A stretch of DNA of 64,000 bases from Deltaproteobacteria bacterium (GTDB lineage: Bacteria; Myxococcota_A; UBA9160; UBA4427), in contig JAFDEK010000004.1 of NCBI GenBank assembly GCA_019310385.1, positions 476 to 64,475 on the forward strand, read 5' to 3'. Positions 25,875 to 35,718 of the stretch are shown piece after piece; the stretch's first letter is position 1; every line of letters starts with the position of its first letter. A program made the position numbers and the translations under genes. The notes under the pieces were generated by a model. The model saw nothing but the letters and a program-made list of their open reading frames with translations. It did not search any database and was not told the origin of the DNA.

Positions 25875-26025
25875 CTCCCCGAGCAAGTCCAGCACCCCAG
25901 GCTAGACTCGCCGACCGACGTCCGCTTGCCGCTCCGGTGTGCGGGCAGGACCATGGCGCGCGCCCGACGCTCGGCTCGGGTGGTGTGCGCGAGGGCGCTG
26001 TGTGGCCCGAGGCCGGAGGAGAGGC

Positions 26026-27594
26026 ATGACGGAGGATGGCGGTTCCCGAGACGAGCGAGGCAGGGGAGCAAAGTTAGGGGAGCGGGCCGCCTGGGCGTCC
26101 CTGATCGAGGGTCTGGAGCGGCGTCGCACGGCCGCTCGCGCCATGGGGGGTGCGGAGAAGCTCGCAAAGCGCCACGCCGAGGGCCGGCTCGACGCGCGCC
26201 AACGTCTGGAGACGCTGCTGGACCCGGGGAGCTTTCGCGAGCTCGGTACGCTCGTGGGCGCCATGGATCGCGTGCTGCCCGGTGTGCCCGCCGATGCCCT
26301 GGTAGCGGGTACCGGGCGCATCGAAGGGCGGCCCGTGGTGGCGGCCGCCGAGGACTTCACGTGCAAGGGCGGCTCCATCGGCCTCGGCGCCCATGCGAAG
26401 CGCATCCGGATCGCGAAGCTCGCCGCCCAGGAGCGCGTTCCCCTGGTGATGCTGCTGGAAGGCGCCGGAGAGCGTGTCACCAACTCTCTCGAGCGCTACC
26501 CCTACGCGCCCAACGACCTGCAGGCGCTGGTCGAGCTCTCGGGCATCGTGCCCTCGGTTGCGGTCGTCATGGGGCCGTCCGCGGGCCACGGCGCCCTCAC
26601 CGCGCCTTTGATGGACTTCGTCGTCATGGTCGAGGGCGCCGCGATCTTCTCCGCCGGGCCGCCCCTGGTCGTGGAGGCGACCGGCGAAGAAGTGAGCATG
26701 GAGGAGCTCGGCGGCGCCAGGATTCACACTGGGCACAGCGGCGTCGCCCACAACGCGACCCCGGACGACGCGGCAGCCCTGGCGCTCGTGCGTCGCTATC
26801 TCGCCTACTTTCCATCCAGTGCCTGGCAGCGCACCCCTCGCAAGGTCGACGGTGACCTGGGCGAGCGCAGCCTCGACGCGCTCCTCGACCTCATTCCGCC
26901 CAACCCGCGCAAGCCCTACGACATGCGCAAGGTGGTCGCGCTGCTGGCCGACGAAGGCAGCGTCCTCGAGGTGCAGCCCCGCTTCGGGAGCTCCATGGTG
27001 ACGGCCCTCGCCTTCCTGGGCGGTCGCTCCGTCGCCATCGTGGCGAACCAGCCCATGGTGAAGGCGGGCGCCATCGACCGGGACGCCGCCGACAAGGCCG
27101 CCCGCTTCCTGGAGATCGCGGATGCCTTTCATCTGCCGGCAATCTTCCTGGCCGACAACCCGGGCGTGATGGCGGGCACCGCGGCCGAGCGCGAGGGCGT
27201 TCTGCGCCACGCGGCGCGCATGTTCGCCGCCCAATCGCGCATGCGCGTGCCGAAAGTCCACGTCACCCTGCGCAAGGCTTACGGCTTCGGCAGCTCCCTC
27301 ATGGCGATGAATCCCTTCGATCGCCAGACCCTCAGCCTCGCCTTCCCGGGCGCCACCCTGGGCGCCATGCCGGCCAAAGGCGGCGGGGCCGCGGCGGGGG
27401 CCGACAGCGCGACCCAGGAGCAGCTCGACGTCGGCGAGTCGGCCGGGCCCTGGGCTACCGCGGACACCATGAGCTACGACGAGGTGATCGATCCCCGGGA
27501 GCTGCGCAACGTCCTACTCGACGCTCTCGAGCTGGCGTCGGGCCGAGACGCCGAGTCGCCCGGTCCGGCAGTGCGTCCGGGCCTGCTTCCTTGA
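26026..27594 (+). CDS. acyl-CoA carboxylase carboxyltransferase (beta) subunit
   Basis: ...HAEGRLDARQRLETLLDPGSFRELG... and ...AEDFTCKGGSIG... fit the two-lobed carboxyl_trans architecture. The start is taken at an internal ATG (MTEDGG...). Confidence 0.9.
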   Translation: MTEDGGSRDERGRGAKLGERAAWASLIEGLERRRTAARAMGGAEKLAKRHAEGRLDARQRLETLLDPGSFRELGTLVGAMDRVLPGVPADALVAGTGRIEGRPVVAAAEDFTCKGGSIGLGAHAKRIRIAKLAAQERVPLVMLLEGAGERVTNSLERYPYAPNDLQALVELSGIVPSVAVVMGPSAGHGALTAPLMDFVVMVEGAAIFSAGPPLVVEATGEEVSMEELGGARIHTGHSGVAHNATPDDAAALALVRRYLAYFPSSAWQRTPRKVDGDLGERSLDALLDLIPPNPRKPYDMRKVVALLADEGSVLEVQPRFGSSMVTALAFLGGRSVAIVANQPMVKAGAIDRDAADKAARFLEIADAFHLPAIFLADNPGVMAGTAAEREGVLRHAARMFAAQSRMRVPKVHVTLRKAYGFGSSLMAMNPFDRQTLSLAFPGATLGAMPAKGGGAAAGADSATQEQLDVGESAGPWATADTMSYDEVIDPRELRNVLLDALELASGRDAESPGPAVRPGLLP

Positions 27595-28796
27595 TTCGCA
27601 GTTCACTGCCCGCTTCGGGGTTACGCGGGTCATGGTTGCGTGGGATCGACAGCCCGGCCCTGACCTGCGCGGTGACGCTGATCGCGTACGCGATCTTCGT
27701 CGCCGCCCGGCTCGCGAATCACGAGTCCGACCCCTCGATATTCGTGGTGGCGGGTGACGGTTTTTCGAATCCCGCGGAGGCGCCGGACACCTTGACGGTG
27801 CTCCCGGACTCCGCAGGCTACGACGGTCAGTTCTTCTACCGGCTGGCCCTCGATCCCTTTACCAGCGTGCAGAAGGACCACGGCATCACCCTCGACGCCC
27901 CGGCTTGGAGACAGCAGCGCATCTTCTATCCGCTTCTGGTGTGGTGCCTCGCGCGGGGCGACCCGGCGCGGACCGCGATCTGGATGATCGGGGTCAACCT
28001 CGTCGCACTCGCGCTGGTGGGCTGGCTCGCGGGGCACCTGGCCCAGCTGCTGGGCCGGCACGCCGCGGCCGGCCTTCCCGTCGCCTTCTATCCGGGCTTT
28101 CTCTATTCCCTGTCGCGTGACCTCGCAGAGCCCGTTACGGCGTCGCTGGTGCTGCTCGGCATCGCCCTCTTCCTGCGCGGTCGCCACGCGGGCGCTGCCT
28201 TGGCGACGTCCCTTGCCGTGCTCACCCGTGAAACCTCCCTGTTGGTTCCAGCCGGGATGGGAATCGGCCTGCTCTGGCAGGCGTGGCGAGCGCGTGGCGA
28301 GGCGCGCTGGCAGACAGCTCTCTATTATCTTGTGCCCCTCTTCGTCTATGCGGGAGTCCAGGTCCTGCTCGCCCGGGCTTGGGGTCAGCTGCCGGCGGGC
28401 TACGGAGACCATCACTTCCACATTCCCTTCGCGGGTATCTGGGAATTCGCGTCTGCCAACAGCGCGCCGCAGAATCGGCACCAACGCGTCATGCTCTTCG
28501 ACTTCGTGTTCGTGGTCGGCTTCTCCTTCGCTGTCGCGCGGGCCAGCATCGCGGCCAGGGGCCTCGAGGCTCTGAAGATCTCCTGTCTACTCTATGGAGT
28601 GTTGGCCGTGTGCCTGAGCGGGGTCATCTGGTCGACGGATCTCGGGTTCCTTCGCGCTCTGACCGAATACTGGCTCCTGGGAGCCGTGCTCGTCGTGGCG
28701 GTCGGGCGGAGCCAGCCGCGTCTCTGGTGGAGCTTCTGCGCCGCCACGGCGTGGATCTGGCTGGTCGTCTACAGGACGCGGACGCATTGGATATGA
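27591..28796 (+). CDS. polytopic membrane protein, possible GT-C-like glycopolymer/glycosyl transferase
   Basis: About 10 TM helices. A YDGQFFYRLALDP loop resembles that of DUF2029-type surface-glycopolymer membrane proteins. TTG start overlaps the upstream stop. The function is uncertain. Confidence 0.6.
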   Translation: MIRSSLPASGLRGSWLRGIDSPALTCAVTLIAYAIFVAARLANHESDPSIFVVAGDGFSNPAEAPDTLTVLPDSAGYDGQFFYRLALDPFTSVQKDHGITLDAPAWRQQRIFYPLLVWCLARGDPARTAIWMIGVNLVALALVGWLAGHLAQLLGRHAAAGLPVAFYPGFLYSLSRDLAEPVTASLVLLGIALFLRGRHAGAALATSLAVLTRETSLLVPAGMGIGLLWQAWRARGEARWQTALYYLVPLFVYAGVQVLLARAWGQLPAGYGDHHFHIPFAGIWEFASANSAPQNRHQRVMLFDFVFVVGFSFAVARASIAARGLEALKISCLLYGVLAVCLSGVIWSTDLGFLRALTEYWLLGAVLVVAVGRSQPRLWWSFCAATAWIWLVVYRTRTHWI

Positions 28797-28865
28797 CCGC
28801 CCTGCCGCTACTCCGCGGGGACCTGGAAGGCAGTCCCGGGATCGGGTCTTGAAGGGAGTCCTGTA

Positions 28866-29921
28866 TTGAAGAAGGGTCCCCGCATCGCTGCGCTCAGGGC
28901 TGCGCTCTTCGTCGCGTCCTTTGCACTCTCGCTTCTCGCGCTCGAGCTTGTAGTGACACTCACGGGCTTCCGCTACTCGCCCGTCCAGATCGACGTGCAG
29001 GGAGGCGGCACCGACTGGCGCTACCGCCATGCCTTCGAGGACGACCACTTCGAGTTCGACCCGCAGCAGATCTGGCGGCCCAGGGCTGGCGAGAAGGTCT
29101 TCAACGGCCAGGGGTTCCGGGGCCGGGAGCTCCACGGCTCTGCGGGGCCCGGAGAGCTCCGGCTGCTCGCGCTCGGCGATTCGAATACGCTCGGCTGGGG
29201 CGGGGCGTCCATTCACTGGCCGGGCTATCTCGAGGAGGAACTCGAGCCCGCTGATCTCGAAGTCAACGTGATCAACGCGGGTGTGTGGGGGCATTCCTCC
29301 TACCAGGGTGTGGCGCGTCTCGAGGCTTATCTCTCCTTCGAGCCCGACGTCGTGCTCATCAGCTACGGGGCCAACGACGCCCATCGCGTCTATGTGAGCG
29401 ATGCGCGCTACGTGGAGCAGGCCGCCCGCTCGACCCTGCGTCGCTTCCTCTACCGCTACTCCTTTGGAATCGGCCAGCTCGCCCTGAAGGCACTCGACGC
29501 TCTCGAGGGTGTGGACTCTCCTGCCGAGGGCCGGGAGCTCGTGTTCCGGGTCAGTCCCGAGGAGTACCGCGCGAACCTGAGCAAGATGGTGCAGATCTCG
29601 CGCGCTCAGGGTGCCCGGGTCTATCTCCTGACCCGCCCCTACACGGGCGAGTCGCCGAGTGAATCCTGGTGGAAGAGCTTCGCTCCCCACTACCGGGAAG
29701 CCACCCGCGAGGTGGGGCGCGAGCTCGACGTTCGCGTGATCGACGTCTACCAGCTCTTCGTGGATCGGCCCCAGGACTTCGCGGACGAGTCGCACTTCAC
29801 GGAGTCGGGCTATCGCCGTGCGGCGCGGCTGATCGGCGAGCGAATCGCGCCCGAGCTCGAGGCGGCTCCGGCGCGCCGAGGCCCGGCCGCGCGGGATTCG
29901 ATCAATACAAGTCGGCGCTGA
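28866..29921 (+). CDS. SGNH/GDSL hydrolase family protein with N-terminal membrane anchor
   Basis: Block I LLALGDSNTLGWG, block III GANDA, block V DESHFTESGY. Confidence 0.8.
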   Translation: MKKGPRIAALRAALFVASFALSLLALELVVTLTGFRYSPVQIDVQGGGTDWRYRHAFEDDHFEFDPQQIWRPRAGEKVFNGQGFRGRELHGSAGPGELRLLALGDSNTLGWGGASIHWPGYLEEELEPADLEVNVINAGVWGHSSYQGVARLEAYLSFEPDVVLISYGANDAHRVYVSDARYVEQAARSTLRRFLYRYSFGIGQLALKALDALEGVDSPAEGRELVFRVSPEEYRANLSKMVQISRAQGARVYLLTRPYTGESPSESWWKSFAPHYREATREVGRELDVRVIDVYQLFVDRPQDFADESHFTESGYRRAARLIGERIAPELEAAPARRGPAARDSINTSRR

Positions 29922-30798
29922 CCGCGACCTGGGCGGAGTCGCGCAGGCCGTCGAGATAATCGCGCAGGGCCGCGTCGCCCTTGCGCCGGCGCCAATCGCT
30001 GCCCACCTGCTCGGCGACCTCCTCGAAGGGGGGCACCCGGGCGGGCTCTCGATCGACCAGCTGAATCACGTGGACGCCCGTGCCCGAGCGAATCGGCTCG
30101 CTCACCTCACCCACCGCGAGCTCGAGGGTGCTACGCAGGGCGGTGGGGCCGACGTACTCGCGTAGCTTCGTGGCGGGGAGCAGCGTGTCGGGCAGTGGCG
30201 AGACCTCATCGTCACCCAGCGCCGTCTTGACCTCTCCCCACGTTTCGCCGGCCGCGAGGCGGTCGCGAGCGGCTTCGGCCTTCACCCGAGCCGCCGCTTC
30301 ACCCCCTTCGCCTCCCACGCGGAAGAAGATTTGGCGCGCTCGCAAGCGGCCCGGGTTCGTAAAGAAGTCTCCGTTCTCCGCGTAGAAGCGGCGCAGCTCG
30401 GCCTCGCTGGCCTGGCGTTGCTCCGCCTCGGCGACCACCGATGCGATGAGGCTGGAGGTGAGGTTGGCCCGTACCCGGCGATCGACAGAGACAAGGCCGA
30501 GATCGACGGCGCGCTGGACGAGGAGCTCCTCCTCGATCATGCGATCGAGAACGTGGACGCGAGCCTCGGGGCTGATCGGGGATCGGGTGTCGCTCTCGAG
30601 GCCGGCGAGCAGACGCTCGTAGTCATTCCGACGGATCTCCACCCCGTTGACCCGGGCCACCACCTCAGGAGGCAGCTCGCCGTCGCGCTCAGGGGCATCG
30701 AGGAGGCCGAGTGCGGCGAGGGCGAGGCCCGCGCTGGCGCCGATCCCCAGGAGCAGGGTGGCCCGGCCTTCGCTCCTGCTCTGCCCCGTCTGGCCCAA
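29902..30798 (-). CDS. peptidyl-prolyl cis-trans isomerase, parvulin (PpiC/SurA-like) type, membrane-anchored
   Basis: N-terminal TM segment. SurA-like chaperone region (VNGVEIRRNDY...). PpiC-type domain (LRARQIFF...GVHVIQLVDRE). Confidence 0.75.
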   Translation of the reverse strand: MGQTGQSRSEGRATLLLGIGASAGLALAALGLLDAPERDGELPPEVVARVNGVEIRRNDYERLLAGLESDTRSPISPEARVHVLDRMIEEELLVQRAVDLGLVSVDRRVRANLTSSLIASVVAEAEQRQASEAELRRFYAENGDFFTNPGRLRARQIFFRVGGEGGEAAARVKAEAARDRLAAGETWGEVKTALGDDEVSPLPDTLLPATKLREYVGPTALRSTLELAVGEVSEPIRSGTGVHVIQLVDREPARVPPFEEVAEQVGSDWRRRKGDAALRDYLDGLRDSAQVAVSADLY

Positions 30799-30820
30799 TG
30801 CTGTCCCCTATCCTGGCCCT

Positions 30821-30896
30821 CCGCCATGAGGCGGCAAGATGCGTATCCTCGCCCGCCGCCGCGAGGCGGCAAGATGCGTATCTTCGCCCGCTGCCG
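30821..30896 (+). repeat. hairpin-repeat array A2 (2 units of 35 bp), near-identical to A1
   Basis: Cores at 30841 and 30876 (the second is GCGTATCTTCGCC). It lies between the divergent PPIase (start 30798, minus) and SDR (start 30999, plus). Confidence 0.9.
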
Positions 30897-30998
30897 AGGG
30901 GTGACCCCTCGACCCGCGGCGCGGTAAGAGTAGAGGGTCGCGGCGCTGCTTCAATGCGACCCTGCGACGGGCCGCGATGACGCGGGGAAGGGGAATCG

Positions 30999-31811
30999 AT
31001 GGCAGGTCTGCGAGATCTGAAGGGGCGGGTAGCGGTCGTGACCGGGGCCTCGAGCGGGATCGGGGCCGCCCTCGCCCGGGAGCTGGCGCGCCGGGGTGCG
31101 CGGGTCGCCCTGGTGGCGCGCCGGGAAGATCGTCTGGAGGCCCTGGCTCGTGAGATCGCCGAGGCGGGCGGCGAGGCTTCCGTGCATCCCTGCGACGTGG
31201 CCGAGGGCGGCTCCGTCGAGGCGGCGGCGAAGGCGGTGGTCGAGCGCTGGCAGAAGATCGATCTGCTGATCAACAACGCGGGCTACGTGCGCCACGTCCT
31301 CTTCGCGGATCACGCCGTGGACGATATCGAGCGCATGATGCGCACCAACTACATGGGGGCCGTGCACTGGATCAAGCAGGTCCTGCCCGGCATGCGCGAG
31401 CAGGGGCAGGGCTGGATCGTGAATGTCGGCTCCTTTGCGGGCAAGGCGGGACAGCCCGACGAGTCCGCGTACTCGGCGACCAAGTTCGCCCTCGCGGGGC
31501 TCTCCGAGGCCCTCGGGCCGGAGCTCGCGCCCTACGGGATCTCGCTCCTCTGCGTGCACCCGGTGCTGGTGCAAACCGAGATGTTCACGCCCGAGGTGAT
31601 GGCCCGGATGCCTCGCGGCAGCGAGAAGCGCTTCATGACGCCCGAGCGATTCGCGAGCGAAACCCTCGCGGCGCTCGGGCGCGGCGACGTGGACGTCGTG
31701 ATCCCCCGCCGTTTTCGCGGCGTCCTCCTGCTGCGCGCCCTGCTCCCCGGCCCCATGCGCCGGGTCATGGGGCGCGTGAAGATGGCCGCGCTGCCCGAAG
31801 CCGGCCCCTGA
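30999..31811 (+). CDS. SDR family oxidoreductase
   Basis: VAVVTGASSGIGAA, YSATKFA. Confidence 0.9.
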   Translation: MAGLRDLKGRVAVVTGASSGIGAALARELARRGARVALVARREDRLEALAREIAEAGGEASVHPCDVAEGGSVEAAAKAVVERWQKIDLLINNAGYVRHVLFADHAVDDIERMMRTNYMGAVHWIKQVLPGMREQGQGWIVNVGSFAGKAGQPDESAYSATKFALAGLSEALGPELAPYGISLLCVHPVLVQTEMFTPEVMARMPRGSEKRFMTPERFASETLAALGRGDVDVVIPRRFRGVLLLRALLPGPMRRVMGRVKMAALPEAGP

Positions 31812-31881
31812 GGCAAGACGCCACAGCCCCGGGCCCGGAGGGCTGGCTGCGGCCAATCCGGGTCTGCGGCACACTGGAGCC

Positions 31882-33135
31882 ATGATTTCCTGGGCCTTTC
31901 TCATCGTCACGCTCATCGGAGCGCTCTTCACTTTCAACGCCTACGTCCCCCACAAGCGGACCGGGCCCCTCATCGTTCCCAGCTTCTTCGCGGGCTGGTT
32001 GACCTCGGAGCTCTCGGGCCACCACTTCGCATGGCAGCTCGGCGCCACCGTGCTCTTCGTGTGGGCCGGCGCACTGGATGCCTGGCCCGGCTGGGTGGGC
32101 CTGGGAATCACCCTGGCGTCGTGGGGAGGCCTGCTGGCCCTCGTGCCCGTGTCGCGCGCGGCGGCGCCCGTGGTGGAGGCCGCCCTCGCGGCGGGTCTCG
32201 GGAAGAACTACAAGGATCAGGTCCGGCCGGAAATTGCCGAGCGCATGAATCGGCCCTTCCGAACCGGAGTGCTCCTCAACCCCTTCAGCTTCAGCGATCC
32301 CGACGTGAGCGTCACCCGGGACATCCCCTACCTGCCAGACGGTGGGCCCAAGCACCAGCTCGACATCTATCGGCCCAAAGCGGGATCGGAGCGGGCGCCC
32401 GTGCTACTGCAGATCCATGGCGGTGGTTGGACCATCGGCAACAAGCGCGAGCAGGCCCTGCCGCTCATGAATCATCTGGCGGCCCGGGGCTGGGTCTGCG
32501 TCGCCGCGAACTACCGACTGAGCCCGAACGCAACCTTCCCCGATCACCTCATCGACAACAAGCGCGCCATCGCGTGGATACGCGAGAACATCGCCGAATA
32601 CGGCGGCGACCCCGACTTCATCGTGGCCACCGGTGGATCGGCGGGCGGTCACCTCTCCTCCATGGTGGGCCTGACCGCCAACGACCCCGAGTACCAGCCG
32701 GGCTTCGAGGATGTGGACACCCGTGTGCACGGCTGCGTGCCCTTCTACGGCGTATTCGACTTTACGAACGAATACGGCCTGCAGTCCCAGTCGGGGATCG
32801 ACTACTTCCTCGAACGCTACGTGATGAAGAAGAAGCTGGCGGACGACACCGAGGCCTACCGGCGCGCCTCACCCATGCACCGCATCACGCCCGACGCGCC
32901 GCCTTTCTTCATCATCCACGGCAGCCACGACAGTCTGGCCTCGGTCGAGGAGGCGCGGCACTTCGCCCAGCTGCTGCGGGAGAGCTCCAAGTCTCCGGTG
33001 GCCTATGCCGAGATCCCGGGCGCCCAGCACGCCTTCGAGATCTTCCATTCCCTGCGCACCACGACCGTGGTGCGAGCGGTCGATCGCTTCCTGAGCTGGG
33101 TCTACTCGGATTACCTCCGTCAGACCGGGCGCTGA
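31882..33135 (+). CDS. alpha/beta hydrolase (esterase/lipase, HGGG type) with N-terminal TM segments
   Basis: LLQIHGGGWTIGNK oxyanion motif and nucleophile elbow ATGGSAGGHL. Confidence 0.85.
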   Translation: MISWAFLIVTLIGALFTFNAYVPHKRTGPLIVPSFFAGWLTSELSGHHFAWQLGATVLFVWAGALDAWPGWVGLGITLASWGGLLALVPVSRAAAPVVEAALAAGLGKNYKDQVRPEIAERMNRPFRTGVLLNPFSFSDPDVSVTRDIPYLPDGGPKHQLDIYRPKAGSERAPVLLQIHGGGWTIGNKREQALPLMNHLAARGWVCVAANYRLSPNATFPDHLIDNKRAIAWIRENIAEYGGDPDFIVATGGSAGGHLSSMVGLTANDPEYQPGFEDVDTRVHGCVPFYGVFDFTNEYGLQSQSGIDYFLERYVMKKKLADDTEAYRRASPMHRITPDAPPFFIIHGSHDSLASVEEARHFAQLLRESSKSPVAYAEIPGAQHAFEIFHSLRTTTVVRAVDRFLSWVYSDYLRQTGR

Positions 33136-33177
33136 GCGGGGCCTGGGGCGCGCGGCCGGACCGGGGAGGGTCGAGCG

Positions 33178-34017
33178 GTGTGGGCCGAGGCTGCTCCCGA
33201 GATCGTTGGAATCTTGAACTGCAGTGAGGATTCCTTCTCGGACGGGGGGCTCTACCTGCAGCCCGAGCGGGCTCTCGAGCACGCGCGGCGCCTCCACGCC
33301 GACGGCGCCCGCTACGTCGAGCTGGGCCCCGCCTCGAGCCACCCCGACGCGAAAGAGGTGAGCGCGAGCGAGGAGATCCGCCGTCTCGAGCCCCTGGTGG
33401 AGGCCCTGGCGCGCGAAGGGATCGCCACCGGGGTGGACAGCTTCCGGCTCGAGACTCAGCGCTGGTGCCTCGAGCGGGGTGTCGCGCTGCTGAACGACAT
33501 CGACGGCTTCGCCGAGCCGCAGCTCTGGCCCCAGCTCGCGCGGGCATCCTGCCGCCTGGTCGTCATGCACTCGATCCAGGATCGCGGTCGTGCCACCCGG
33601 GCGCCCGGCGATCCCGATACCGTGCTCGAGCGGATCGAGTCCTTCTTCGCGGAGCGGCTGGCGGGCCTCGAGGCCGCCGGCGTCGCTCGGGACCGGCTGA
33701 TCCTCGACCCGGGCATGGGTTTCTTCCTGGGCGTAAAGCCCGACTCCTCCCTGGCGGTCCTGCGCGGCCTGGGCCGACTGCGCGAGCGCTTCGGGCTCCC
33801 GCTGCTGGTGTCCGTGTCGCGCAAGTCCTTCCTCGGCGGCCTGCTCGCCGGCCCCGAGAGCGGCGAGTCGCGGGCAGTCGCCGAGCGTGGTGCCGGGACC
33901 CTGGCGGCCGAGCTCTGGCTGGCGCAGTGCGGCGTGGAGTGGATCCGCACCCACGACGTCCGGGCGTTGAGCGACGCGCTACGCGTGCTCCGCGCCGTGG
34001 AAGGGCCGCCGCCGTGA
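33178..34017 (+). CDS. folP: dihydropteroate synthase
   Basis: GILNCSEDSFSDGG, ...DPGMGFF..., ...SVSRKSF... are DHPS signatures. GTG start. Confidence 0.9.
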   Translation: MWAEAAPEIVGILNCSEDSFSDGGLYLQPERALEHARRLHADGARYVELGPASSHPDAKEVSASEEIRRLEPLVEALAREGIATGVDSFRLETQRWCLERGVALLNDIDGFAEPQLWPQLARASCRLVVMHSIQDRGRATRAPGDPDTVLERIESFFAERLAGLEAAGVARDRLILDPGMGFFLGVKPDSSLAVLRGLGRLRERFGLPLLVSVSRKSFLGGLLAGPESGESRAVAERGAGTLAAELWLAQCGVEWIRTHDVRALSDALRVLRAVEGPPP

Positions 34018-34085
34018 GGCGGCCCTGCGTATCCTCGCCGCCGCCGTGAGGCCGCCATTGCGTATCCTCGCCGCCGCGGTGAGCG
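34005..34085 (+). repeat. hairpin-repeat array B (about 2.5 units of 33 bp; loop GTGA)
   Basis: Cores at 34027 and 34060. The first hairpin GCCGCC-GTGA-GGCGGC contains the folP stop codon. Confidence 0.9.
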
Positions 34086-34138
34086 TTTTCGCTTCGGGGC
34101 GCGGATTTCTGGTAGATTGAGCGCAAGGGGGAGATCCC

Positions 34139-35629
34139 ATGAGCCTGAATCTCGGTTGCATTCTCCAGGCGGGCGCCGCCGGTTGTCCCGACGCTCCGCT
34201 GCTGCGCATGGGCGAGCAGGTGATGACCTACGCAGAGGTGGACCGGGCGGCCCGCGGCATCGCGGCGGCGCTGCGTGAGCGGGGGATCCAGCCCGGCGAC
34301 ACGGTCGCGCTCCTGATCCCCAACGTGCCCGAGTTCACCACGGCGTACTTCGGCATCCTCTACGCGGGCGCCGCGGTGGTGACCATCAACGTCCTGGCTT
34401 CGTCGGCCGAGGTCGCCTACTTCATCGACGACTCGGGCTCGCGCATGCTCATCGCCCACCCCTTCTTCGGCGAGGTCGCCAAGGGCGGCGCCGAGGAGGC
34501 GGGCGTGCCCCTGGTGATGGCCGGCAGCGAGGGCAGTGACAGCCTCGGCGAGATGGCGAAGAGCGATCCCATCGACGCCCTGCACGCTACGCGTCCCGAC
34601 GACACCGCGGTGATCCTCTACACCTCGGGCACTACGGGCAAGCCCAAGGGTGCCGAACTCACCCACTCGAACCTCTTCGTGAACTGTGCCGTCGTGGTGC
34701 CGAAGCTGTTACCTGATCCGCCCGGTGGCGTGGTCGCCCTCGCGACTCTCCCCCTCTTTCACTCCTTCGGACAGACCTGCATCCAGAACGCCACCATCGC
34801 CCAGGGTGGCAGCTTCGTCTTGCTGCCGCGCTTCACGCCCGAAGAGGCTCTGGCGCTCATGGAGGAGCACGCCGTTACGGTCTTCGCCGGTGTTCCCACC
34901 ATGTACTTCGCCATGCTCCACGCCGAGACCGATCGCACCCACGACCTTTCGAGTCTGCACTACTGCATGACGGGCGGCGCTCCAATGCCCGCTGAAGTGA
35001 TGAGCGCTGTCGAGAAGAAGTTCGGTGTCTCGGTGCTCGAGGGATACGGGCTCTCGGAGACCTCGCCCGTGGCGAGCTTCACGGTCTTGGGAAGGCCCCG
35101 CAAGGCGGGCTCCATCGGCTATCCCGTCTGGGGGGTCGAGATGCAGATCGTCGACGACGCGGACGTCGCGCTACCCGACACCGAGCGGGGCGAGATCTGC
35201 ATTCGCGGCCACAACGTGATGAAGGGCTATCTCAACCGCCCCGAGGCCTCCAAGGAGACTCTCAAGGGTGGCTGGTTCCACACCGGAGACATCGGCTGTC
35301 GGGACGAGGACGGCTGCTACTGGATCGTCGACCGCAAGAAGGACATGATCCTGCGCGGCGGCTTCAACGTCTATCCGCGGGAAGTGGAGGAGGTCCTCTA
35401 CAGCCACGAGGCGATCGCCGAGGCAGCGGTCGTCGGCATTCCCCACGACAGCCACGGCGAGGAGGTCAAGGCGGCAGTCGCCTTCGCGCCCGGCAAGTCG
35501 GCGAGCGAAGACGAGATCATCGCCTTCTGCAAGGAGCGACTCGCGGCCTACAAGTACCCGCGCGTGGTCGAGATCCGAGAAGCGCTTCCCAAGGGCCCGA
35601 CCGGAAAGATCCTGAAGCGCGAGCTGTAG
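34139..35629 (+). CDS. long-chain acyl-CoA synthetase (AMP-binding enzyme)
   Basis: ILYTSGTTGKPKGAELTH, GYGLSETS, and the C-terminal ...LPKGPTGKILKREL. Confidence 0.9.
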   Translation: MSLNLGCILQAGAAGCPDAPLLRMGEQVMTYAEVDRAARGIAAALRERGIQPGDTVALLIPNVPEFTTAYFGILYAGAAVVTINVLASSAEVAYFIDDSGSRMLIAHPFFGEVAKGGAEEAGVPLVMAGSEGSDSLGEMAKSDPIDALHATRPDDTAVILYTSGTTGKPKGAELTHSNLFVNCAVVVPKLLPDPPGGVVALATLPLFHSFGQTCIQNATIAQGGSFVLLPRFTPEEALALMEEHAVTVFAGVPTMYFAMLHAETDRTHDLSSLHYCMTGGAPMPAEVMSAVEKKFGVSVLEGYGLSETSPVASFTVLGRPRKAGSIGYPVWGVEMQIVDDADVALPDTERGEICIRGHNVMKGYLNRPEASKETLKGGWFHTGDIGCRDEDGCYWIVDRKKDMILRGGFNVYPREVEEVLYSHEAIAEAAVVGIPHDSHGEEVKAAVAFAPGKSASEDEIIAFCKERLAAYKYPRVVEIREALPKGPTGKILKREL

Positions 35630-35718
35630 CGGGCGGCCATCAAGGGAAGCCGCGAATCCCTTCTCCCGACGCCGCGGAAGCTCCAGGCACGCAGCGGCCA
35701 ACGGGCTGGCTGGAGGCC

